A stretch of DNA of 64,000 nt from a virus. The stretch is from IMG/VR virus record IMGVR_UViG_3300045988_046609; one strand, given 5' to 3'. Under the pieces are notes generated by a model. It was not told the DNA's origin, made no database searches, and saw nothing but the letters and a program-made list of their open reading frames with translations. Shown here piece after piece: positions 51,029 to 61,529 of this stretch (its first letter is position 1; each line of letters opens with the position of its first letter). Position numbers and translations under genes: made by a program.

Positions 51029-52000
51029 ATGATTCAACACGTAAATACCGTTTTAATCGGTAAAAATCTTCCATCAGCTTATACTACTGCTGATGCACTT
51101 TCTGCAGGTGATGTTGCTCTGTTTGACCAGAATAGAGCTATTATCAAAACAGCTGCTGACGCAGCTAAAGCTACTTCTTTGTATATAGGTGTAGCTCAGA
51201 ATAAAGTAAAAGTTACTATGCCTGACGGTAGTGTGGCTGATAAGGCTAATATTAAATTTGGTAATGAAATTCAGAAGAATTCTAATCCAAGTGCAGTTAT
51301 TGGAGAATATGTAGCTCCGGTTTAGGACAAGATTGTTATTACTCTTACCGATGCTACTATCATTGCAGGTCACAGATATGTACTGAGAATAGTATATAAA
51401 GACATGTATGAAGCTCCGGGTCAGTTTACACATACTTATGAAGTATTTGCTGCTAACACTACTGCTGCTGACTTAGCTGATGCTATCGTTAAAAAGATTA
51501 ATAAACATGCTAACCGTAGAGTTAATGCGTCTGCATCTACTGCAGTTATTACTTTAACTGCAATGGAAAAAGATGACAATAACGGTGTATATTCATTGAA
51601 TGAATATTCTGTAGTAGATATGGAAGCTAGTTTGTATGTTACTATTCCTGGTGCTATTTTGAGTAACCAGCCTGATGCTATTCCTGGTGCTACGATCGTT
51701 AAAACTCCTGGTAATCCTGGTAAAGGTTACTGGAAACAAGTACGTGATGCTGAGGTGCGCTATATGGGTTACCAAGGTCATGTGTTTACTGGGGCTTATC
51801 CTGAAGTAGTACAAGATAGAATGGTAGAGCAAGATGCTACTTACGATTACATTACTGTAGAAAACGATAATAAGTATTTGAGTAACGATAATCAATACAT
51901 CAAAACCACTCCGCTTACTACTGAACTGTATGTTAAGCATTCAACTGATTTTGCTACTTCTATTGTAGCAAAAGGTATCGAAAACTTCATCGCTGCCTAA
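51029..52000 (+). CDS. Structural-module protein (323 aa, 1 TAG), probably abundant
   Basis: ORFs 51029-51325 and 51404-52000 are in one frame. Followed by a strong terminator. Confidence 0.65.
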
Positions 52001-52022
52001 TAATTAACATTTTACTAAACGA

Positions 52023-52070
52023 AAGTGGGGCGGGTTGGATTATTCCTTCCCACTCCACTTTTTTATTTTA
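52023..52070 (+). terminator. Intrinsic terminator
   Basis: aagtgg(gg)...ccactt stem followed by ttttatttta. Confidence 0.6.
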
Positions 52071-52693
52071 TGATTATGAATAAAATAGTTAATGTAAACT
52101 TTAAAAACGATACTATGACTTTTGAAGTATATAGCACTATATCTATAGTAAATACTAATGACATAGTTCTATATGTTGACGAATGTTTAAATATCGCTAA
52201 TATTTACTGTGATAGTCCAGATAATCATGATTATGTATTGAATTACACTAATTGTGAGTTCACTCTGAAAGAAATCGTAAGAGATGGAGAAGAGAAGGAA
52301 GTAACTACATAGTATGCATATGAGATATCTGCTACATCAGATATTATATCTAAGTTTGATACTAATATTAAGTACATTAAAATGTTTTGTACTACAGAGA
52401 GATACGCAAATGACTATGCAGATGGAGTGTACTATAATCCTAATATACTTTATAATGCTGAAATAAGAGTATTACACAATTATTGTAGCACCTGTTTAGA
52501 TGATAGACAAATGCAAACTATAATGTTAATAGTCTTTAAAAGACAGCTTCTAGAATAGGCTATTGCTACTTCTCATAATAAAGAGGCTTTGCAGTTTTAC
52601 TTAGAATTAAGTAAGTTATTAGACGTTAATATAGACAGTAATGTAGCTAGCACTCCTTGTAATAAATGTATTAACGGAGTATGTAAATTATAA
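52070..52693 (+). CDS. Hypothetical protein (207 aa, 2 TAG)
   Basis: ORF 52025-52312 frame continues through TAG to TAA 52691-52693. ATG at 52070. Confidence 0.5.
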
Positions 52694-52700
52694 AAATATT

Positions 52701-52913
52701 ATGTGCACATGTAATGAATTAAAATAGTTCTTATATGTTGCTCTAGACTTCTAGGGTAACATCGTAGTAATATCAGATTATGCTAGTTATCCTAATGTAG
52801 AAGTTGATCCAAAAGATAACTAGATTACTTTTGATGAACCAGATGTTAAAGACTTTATTAAACCAGATACAAAATTAATTTTTTAGAATGGAATACACAA
52901 AATTATTAGGTAA
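52701..52913 (+). CDS. Small hypothetical protein (70 aa, 4 TAG)
   Basis: ATG 52701 open to TAA 52911-52913 with TAG read through. Confidence 0.35.
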
Positions 52914-55900
52914 AGTTACTCTTACTTGTGACGGTAAGCATGATTCTTCTAAAGAATATGATAGATTATGTTTAGTCTATGACGAACAATATAGGTCTTT
53001 CATATCTATAAAAGAAGTACCAAGTAATATAAGTTTGACTAACGAATCATATTGGCAACCTATAAGTGTAGTATATGCTGATGGTGAGGATATAAAAGTA
53101 GATGATGATCTTAGTCTTAAATTTGCTGATAAAGAGTATAATCCTAGCAAATATAGTGGATTAGGTAGAAAAATTCTACGAAAAAGAATAGTTAATAACA
53201 AAAATATACTGCTACAAACTGATTTTGATAGTAGTGATACTATATATGTAATTCAATACGAATTTGATTTACAAGGTAAAACTATCACTATACCAAACAA
53301 TAGTATATTGTTATTCGAAGGAGGTAAGTTCGTAAACGGTGACGTAGTATTAAATGATACTATGATATTACCATAGGGCATTGACGTAGCAGAACATATA
53401 GAAGGAAATATTACAGGTACCTATAAAGACGGATAGATATACTACGATTCAGTTAAGGATAGTTTAATAGCAGTAGTAAATAATAACAAGATAGATCTTT
53501 CTACGCCTAATATTACTAATGAGTATACCAAATTTACTTGGATTAAATATTCTCCTTCCCAATATGGAGACTAGATGACAGATCAGCCGGAAGAAGACTC
53601 ACAGTATATTGGTATTGCTTCCAATAAAGAAACCGAAGAACCAAGTAATAATCCATTAGATTACGTGTGGGCTAAATTTGTAGGTCCATAGGGTGCGCAA
53701 GGTTTAAGGGGAGAAAGAGGATTTCAAGGTCCTCAAGGAGAACAAGGGCCTCCTGGTAAAGATGGATTAGATGGAAAACCAGGGCAATCTGTGAAACCAA
53801 ATTGGAATACATGGGTGTTTAAGCAAGCAGAATTGCAGCCATCTAAACCTACTTTTGTTACCCCTACTCCTGGAGTATCTGGTATTGACGGTTGGTTTGA
53901 TGGTCCTAGCGCTGAAGGTAAATGGTGGATGTCTATGGGTTTAGTAGATGGTAGTACAAATACTGTAGCCACTTGGTCTGACCCTGTATAGTGTACAGCT
54001 GAAGACGGTAAAACTAATACCTATATGGATTTCAAATATTCTAAGAGTGTATCCATAAATATAATACCAGCATTAAATAAAACTAGTAGAAATCCTGTTG
54101 GTTGGGAAGATACTCCACCTACATTAGCTCCAGGTGAGTTTATGTGGATGATCAATGCTCTTATAGATGAGAACAATGAGTTAGTCAAGGAATGGTAGGG
54201 TCCGATAAGAATAACTGGTGAACAAGGGCCACAAGGTGAACCTGGATAGGGAGAACCTGGAGATACTTATAACACGGTGTTCGCATATAAATCTAGTGTA
54301 GAAAAACCAGAGAAACCAGTAGGAGGAGAATGGGATGCTGACACTAATACCATAGTATATCCAGAAGGTTGGTCTAGTAATGACGAAGAATTAACTCCAC
54401 CTGTGTGGATGTCCAATAAAGTGTTTACATCCAATCCTAATATACAAGGGGAATGGTCAGAACCTATAAAGATATCTGGGCAAGATGGTGCAGCTGGAAC
54501 TGATGGTAATTCGGTAGAATTTATTTATACTCGTACAACTGATTCGGGAGTAGGTGATGCTCCTGAAACTCCTGTAGGAGAAGATGTAGATGATTTTATT
54601 CCTCTTAATTGGACAGATAATCCTAAGGGAGTAACTTCTATATTAAAAGCAGAATGGGTTAGTACCAGAAGTAAAAAGGATAATAAATGGGGAGAATTTA
54701 GCACCCCTGCATTATGGTCTAAGTGGGGAGAGAACGGATAGGACGGAGATGGAGTTCAATATATATTCTATAGAACTGCTACGAATAATGATCCTGATAA
54801 TCCTACTCCAAATAATACTAATTCAGACGCATATCAAGAAACTGGAGACTTCGAAGGTATTGAATATATACCAGGAGATGGTTGGACTGATAACCCACAA
54901 GGAGTTACTAAAGAACTATAGTATGAATGGGTATGTCAAAGAAAATTTAGAGGGGGACGATGGAGAGCTTACACAGGACCTTCATTATGGGCTAAATATG
55001 GTAAAGATGGTTTAGACGGACTAGGTAGTATCGTATTAGACTTGGACAATGAAGTTCAATCGGTAGCTACAGATAACTTAGGGGCTGTAATATCTGGATT
55101 ACCGGTTACTACCAAATTGACTATGTATTATGGTACTACCGAACTGAATCTTAGTTCTTTAAGTGTACGTCAAGTAAATGGAATTACAGCTACAGCAGAT
55201 AGAAAGACTGGTATAATAACAGTGAGTGCTATAACTCCTTCAGCTCCTACTAATATTCGTATACCTATTGATGCTTCGTGCGTATGGAACAATGAGTTAA
55301 TAGAAAGAACTACTTATCTTACTATTAATAAAATTAAACCAGGTGCAGATGGTCAGGATGCAATATTATATTCTTTAGTGCCTTCTGTAGATGCTATGCA
55401 CGTAGACAAAAAAGGAGTAGCTGATGTTAAGTTTATTAGCTGTGGGATTAAGAAGACCCAAGGAAAAGTTACTACTATGCTCACTTCTGTTCCTGCTGGA
55501 TTCCAATTTAAATACGTGATAGACGAAGACTTAGCTGAGAACTATACTATAGATTAGAATTTATCTGTTACTTCTATAGATAAAAAAGTAACATTCCTAC
55601 TTACTAGTGGAGAAACTCTAGTAGATAAAGAGACTGTATTCAAAATAAGTGATGGTAAGGATGGAGTTGATGGTGTAGGAGGATTAGTAACAGACTTTGA
55701 CAATGATATGTAGTCTGTTGCTTGTGATTCTAAAGGTAATGTGATTTCTGGATTGCCATTAACTACTACAGTAAGCATGTACTACGGCACTACTAAGTTA
55801 GTATTAGATAGTTTAGCTGTAGGATCCGTAGAAGGAATAACTGCTAGTGCAAATGCATCAACAGGGGTAATTACAGTAACAAGCATATCTTCTACTACCG

Positions 55901-58251
55901 GAGATGTTATAAGAATTCCTGTAAATGTTAAAGCTTCTAATGAAGGTACTCAATATGTTAGAGATGTAATATTTACTATAAATAAGATAAGACCAGGAGC
56001 AGATGGAGAGAATGCAAAAGTATATTCTTTATTACCTTCAGTAAACGCTATTCATAGATTTAAAGATGATAGTAATGAAGTAAACTCTGTTTGGTGTGAT
56101 CTTCAATTAATAGAAGGAGATACTATTAAAACTCTAAATACTACTCCAACTGGATATAAATTCACATACAAAGTAGATAATGGAGGTGAAGCTAATTATT
56201 CAATAGGTAGTGTAGTAGCCAGTAGTTCCATTACAGCTCAGGTGACATTTACTTTATACGATGAGAGATCAGGCAATAGAGTAACAGTGGATACAGAAAC
56301 TATATACGTTATTAGAGATGGTAAGGATGGTGAAGACGGACAACCTGGAACTGTTCCAAATTGGAAGACTTACGTATATAAGTAGTCAAACACTAAACCA
56401 GATAAACCTACTTTTAGAGTTCCTCAACCCGAAGGATTAGACGGTTGGGTTGACTTTCCAGATTCTTCTACGGGACAATGGTGGCAATGTATAGGTTTAG
56501 TATACGGAGAAACCAATAGTGTTCATGTTTGGGGAGAGGTAGTTCCATTAAATGGTAAAGATGGAGTAGCTCAAGACGGTAAGTATACTGAATTTAGATT
56601 CAAAGCTGTGACTACAGGTTATTCTCCTGGTACTCCTTAGTAGGTCCGTAATCCGGCAGGATGGAATACTACAGTACCTTCTGTGGATGAGAGTATAGAA
56701 ACGCTATGGATGATAATGGCTGTTATAACTCCTAATGATACATTGGAATCTAGTTGGAGTACTCCTGTAAGAATAAGTGGTGAAACAGGGTAGGACGGAG
56801 AACCGGGAGCAACATTATACACTTGGATAAAATATTCAGATAACGAACCTACTTCTGACGCTGACATATATGACACACCTAATAGATATACTAAATATAT
56901 TGGTATAGCATATAATAAGACCAGTCCTGTAGAAAGTACAGATTATGAAGTCTATGAATGGACTAAGTGGGTAGGAGCTGATGGTAATAAAGGTAGGATA
57001 ATATATCCAGTAGGTACTTACAGTGACAGTAAGACATATACCTGTACTGATGAAAAGGCACCATATGTGTTCTTTAATGATGAGTACTATGTGATGAACA
57101 AAAACGGTAATTGGTTAGGTACTAGCACTGGAAAGACTCCAGAACAAGATTGGAACACCAATGGCAGTAATGCTACATGGATCTTAATGGATAAATACGA
57201 AGCCTTGTTCACTAAAATATTAATTGCGGATGGTGGCAGCATGGGTAAATTTATATTCAATGGAGATTACATGTTTAGCCAAGAAGGAGTTGACGGTGGA
57301 GGAAATGCTACTAGTAATTATTAGAATTTTACTAACAATATTGTTAATTTTACTAACCATTTCACCATGCCCTCAGATTCCAACTGGGTAGATGAAGTAT
57401 CAATAGAGACATATAAAGTAACTGTACGTAATGCTGTTGTATCTATGATGTGGGGAGTTAATACAGATATAGTTAGTACTACTAAATAGACACCTGAATT
57501 TAAAATAAAAGTTAAAGGAGTAAAAACTTATCCTTCGGCAACTGTACAATTACAATATAAATATATTAAGAATGGTAATCTAAAGTACATACAAATGCCT
57601 ATAACTAGTTCTACAGTAGAATATACTTTACCGGCTAGTGAAGCCGGCAGTGGAGGAGACTATACTACATCTATAGAGATAGCACAGTTTGGTACTGGAT
57701 CTTTAAGCGTATCGTTTGAATTTTATATAAGTAGTGTATTTATTCCTAATTTCATGGTAAATGCTGTCACTGGATAGGTAGATATGAATAAAGGAGTAAT
57801 AAGAATGAGAAGTGCCGAGGCATATGATAAGTTATACTACTCATAGCTAACTGGTAGCACATCAGTATATAGACCTGATATTACATCTAATAAACAGCTA
57901 ATGATAATAGATGATATTGGAGCTACTGATTATACCATATCGTTACCTTTTAATGATGCTTATGAAGGTATGTCAATATATATATTTTATACTTCTACTA
58001 CTGGTGCTGGCAACTACGCACTGAGAATAGTAACTGAAAACTCTCAGAGTGATTTACCTGGAGGAGTAGGTAAATTCCTATATAACGGTTCATTAAGTTT
58101 AAGTATAATAACATTAACTCCTAATAAGTTTGTATAGCTTAAATACACCAACATGGCTTCTGGATATGTAATGTCTGGTAGTACCGTTGTTCCATTTAAT
58201 TGCCCTGCTTGGATGGTTGAAAATGGGTCTGATTTCTAGAGACAAATATAA
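52888..58251 (+). CDS. Giant tail fibre protein (1787 aa, ~21 TAG) with collagen-like segments and duplicated domains
   Basis: ORFs 52888, 53791, 54277, 55042, 55741, 57067, 57595 and 57901 are all in one frame, open to TAA 58249-58251. G-X-Y run at 53683-53790. Confidence 0.75.
55042..56340 (+). repeat. Tandem duplicated ~170-aa domain inside the tail fibre gene
   Basis: LDNEVQSVATDNLGAVISGLPVTTKLTMYYGTTEL...INKIKPGADGQDAILYSLVPSVDAMH compares with FDNDM-Q-SVACDSKGNVISGLPLTTTVSMYYGTTKL...INKIRPGADGENAKVYSLLPSVNAIH (second copy from 55696). Confidence 0.8.
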
Positions 58252-58253
58252 TT

Positions 58254-58520
58254 ATGAATGATCTAAATAATTACGTAAATAATAAACTATTATACTCTGT
58301 AAAGTATAATAACAGAGACGTAGTATCTGCTATATGCTCTAATGAGTTATAGTTTCTACTTACTAAAGTAGAATTTGTTCAAGATAGATAGATGCTAGAA
58401 TCTATGATCTGTGGAATTAATAGACAGATAGATAAAGATATACCTTTAAAGTTAGTTAAAGTGTGTAACATAATAAATTGTAAAGACTGTAATTATTGCA
58501 GGACCTGTTGCTCAAATTAA
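58254..58520 (+). CDS. Small Cys-rich hypothetical protein (88 aa, 2 TAG)
   Basis: ATG 58254 open to TAA 58518-58520. Confidence 0.4.
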
Positions 58521-58554
58521 CGTTCAGTATTATTATTAACTAAATATGTAAATT

Positions 58555-58845
58555 ATGAAAATAGATTTTAAAAATATAGTTATTAGAGATATTGAGGGTA
58601 ATGAAGAGAATATAGACATGTCAAAAGAGTTAGGTAAAATTCTTTATAGATCTGCTATAAGTAAAGAAGGATTAGAACTAGCTAAGGACATTTATGACAA
58701 TGGTGAAGTAGAACTTGACAAAGATGCTGCAATTTCTATAAAAGGTGTAGTATCTAACGGCTTCTTAGCCATAGTTCAAGAATCTGTAATACCTATGTTA
58801 GATGAAATTATAAATTCTGAAAACAATGACCAACAAGCTGAGTGA
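58555..58845 (+). CDS. Hypothetical protein (96 aa)
   Basis: Uninterrupted ORF. Confidence 0.5.
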   Translation: MKIDFKNIVIRDIEGNEENIDMSKELGKILYRSAISKEGLELAKDIYDNGEVELDKDAAISIKGVVSNGFLAIVQESVIPMLDEIINSENNDQQAE

Positions 58846-59017
58846 ATACAGTGATAGGGAATTGTTAGAAGCAATATATACTATGCTACAATATGTAATA
58901 GTAAGAGTAAATGAAATTGATAATGATGATAAACAATTTGGAATGAATCTTGCTGCAGATTTACTTGGTAGTATAGTATATGATGCTCAACCTAGAACTA
59001 CGAGATATGCAAATTAA
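58826..59017 (+). CDS. Hypothetical protein (63 aa)
   Basis: ORF overlapping the previous gene end. Confidence 0.4.
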   Translation: MTNKLSEYSDRELLEAIYTMLQYVIVRVNEIDNDDKQFGMNLAADLLGSIVYDAQPRTTRYAN

Positions 59018-59039
59018 ATGGTTAAAAGAAAGTAATAGA

Positions 59040-59243
59040 ATGAAGCACCTGAAGTACGCAATACTACCAGGTGCTCTGTTCACTATATTATTTGTAGCCG
59101 GTTTGGCTACAGGTATGGAGTTTAAAGATAAACAACACGGTGGTAAATGGGATTGGTTAGACTGGATAGCTACTATGATAGGTGGTGTTATTGGTCAAGC
59201 AATCCAAGTAGGTATAATATTATCATTGAAGTTATGCATATAA
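59040..59243 (+). CDS. Holin-like small membrane protein (67 aa, 2 TM)
   Basis: MKHLKYAILPGALFTILFVAGLATG...IATMIGGVIGQAIQVGIILSL, adjacent to a putative cell-wall enzyme. Confidence 0.4.
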   Translation: MKHLKYAILPGALFTILFVAGLATGMEFKDKQHGGKWDWLDWIATMIGGVIGQAIQVGIILSLKLCI

Positions 59244-59695
59244 TATCAGAAAGAATAGCTAAAAGAAGTACATATACTATAAGTAATATGTATATAGATG
59301 GCGTTAAATTCTGCAATGTTCTTGAAGATACAGATAGAGGACTTACACAAGATACTCCGCTAGAGGATATATAGAAGATTAAAGTATATGGTAAGACTGC
59401 GATACCTACTGGTACATATAAAGTTACTTTAGATGTTGTGTCTCCTAAATTTAGTAAATATAAACAATATAAATTCTGTAATGGAAAATTACCTAGATTA
59501 TTAGATGTACCTGGTTTCAATGGTATTTTAATTCACATAGGTAACACAGAGGCGGATACAGATGGATGTTTATTGGTAGGAAAAAATAACGTAGTTAGTA
59601 AAGTAACGGAAAGTACTGTAACATTTAAAGCATTATATGCTAAGATGCAAGAAGCAGTAGAAAACGGAGAAGAAATTACTATTACTATTAAGTAA
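59234..59695 (+). CDS. DUF5675 / YkuD-like fold protein, possible cell-wall hydrolase (153 aa, 1 TAG)
   Basis: TYTISNMYIDGVKFCNVLED and ILIHIGNTEADTDGCLLVG (His...Gly-Cys pattern of L,D-transpeptidase-like folds). Confidence 0.4.
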
Positions 59696-59712
59696 CACAA
59701 AGGCGGATACAG

Positions 59713-60165
59713 ATGAAAACAATTTTATATAATCCTATATTTATTAACCCACAGGCTTATTACGTATTTCCAAGTCTGAATGGTCAGTTAGTGGAATAGA
59801 AAGATACTGCCATTGAACCTGCTAAGTATTCCGGAATAATAGAAGTAAAGGTAATTGCTAATGGAGATAGTAAGCTTATTAGGTATTATTCTAATACTAA
59901 TAAGATAGATCTATCAGAGTTCAAAGATTCTTGGATTAGAATAAATTTATATACAGATTTAGGAGCTGTGGTGTTGGGGGAATGGAAACTATAGATATCA
60001 ACTCCAGTACCTCCTGAAGTGAATTACACAGTATTCCCAACAATTGACTTGCAAGAGGTCCCTCAGGATGAGATAGACAAGCGTAACCTTGTTCCTCGCA
60101 AGAGTGTAAATGAGAGTGAAACTTTGATGAAATGCCAGCACTATACACAGTTAAAAAATAGTTAA
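59713..60165 (+). CDS. Hypothetical protein (150 aa, 2 TAG)
   Basis: ATG 59713 open to TAA 60163-60165. Confidence 0.5.
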
Positions 60166-60177
60166 TAAGCACAGAAA

Positions 60178-61515
60178 ATGGTAAGATTTGTAAACTTTAG
60201 AGCAACAGATATTTAGCCTAATCCAGATGAAGTAATGTATTGGGTAGATCTGGCTACTGATCCTCTAGGTGGTAGTATTAAAACTTGGAATGCGGAAGGG
60301 TATTGGGAAACTCTTCGAGTATTAGAAGGTACACTGCCAGAATTTGAAGAGAAAATTAAAAAATATGTACAATAGCAATTAGAATCATACGAAAAACGCG
60401 TAGATGAGAAGATTAAGATTATTGAGGGTCAAATAGCTATTGTAGATCAAGATATAGAATCATTAAAACAAGGTAAACAAGATAAGCTAGTAGCCGGTAC
60501 TGGTATCAATATATCTGATAATGTAATATCTTGCATAGTAGACTTAACTTTATATAAGGTAGTACTTGAATTACCTACTGAAGATATTGATCCTACTAAA
60601 ATATATTTGGTATTAGATGAAGACGGAGAGGAAGGTAATATATGGAAAGAGTACATATATGTGAATAATCATTGGGAATTGATGGGAGAATATCAAGCCC
60701 CTATAGATTTGTCTCCATATCTTACTAAAGAAGAGGCTAAAAATACTTACGCAACCAGAGCACAATTATCAAATACCAATAGAATTATAGGTATTACTGG
60801 TGATGGAAATCTACCAGATCTATCAGATACTAATTATATTAGTAATTCTAAAGATTTAATAAATAATATTAAGGTTCTAGATAGATAGATCGCAGATGGT
60901 AGACACGAAGAAGTATGGGAAGTACTGTATAATCAATTTACAGTAATTTCAGGATTTTCAGTTTCTCCCACTATAATCGAAAAAGGAGTTTCTACTTCTA
61001 TTAAAATGGCTGGTAGATTCTTATTTAACAATGAACCTTTTATTCCATAGAGTGTAACTCTTAAAAGAGATTCTGTAGTTATACATAATACTCCAATAGA
61101 TAATCTTAATGGCATCACAGATAATCTTGATACTACTAGTGATAGTGTTGTCTATAGAGTAGATATAATAAGTAATGAAGTACAAAAATCAGCTACTGCA
61201 ACAGTTCGTGCATACTACCCTATGTTTTTTGGTCATTCTCCAAAAACCAGTTTAACTTCTACAGATATAACGGGCTTTACTAAGTAGCCTATCAAGAGTT
61301 CACCAAATGGAACACATTCTATGAATGTAAATCAAGGTGATTACGTGTGGTTATGCATACCATCTAATTTTAATATATCTAAAGTGACATCTTCTGGATT
61401 TGGAGTTCCCATGGAAAATCCTATTTCAGTAACTGTAGATAGCAAGGGTACATATAAATGTTATCGTACAAGTGGGTAGCTTAATGCTGGAACGTTTGAT
61501 TTTACAATTGGATAA
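60178..61515 (+). CDS. Tail/fibre-module protein (445 aa, ~6 TAG)
   Basis: ATG 60178 is in frame with ORF 60607-60888 and open to TAA 61513-61515. Confidence 0.6.
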
Positions 61516-61529
61516 GAATAAAATATATT

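Noticed and set aside
54749-55015. 88-aa + strand ORF inside the tail fibre gene
   Set aside because: It is out of frame with the fibre ORF (52888 frame), which stays open across this region once TAG is read through. Its translation is Ile/Leu-rich and implausible.
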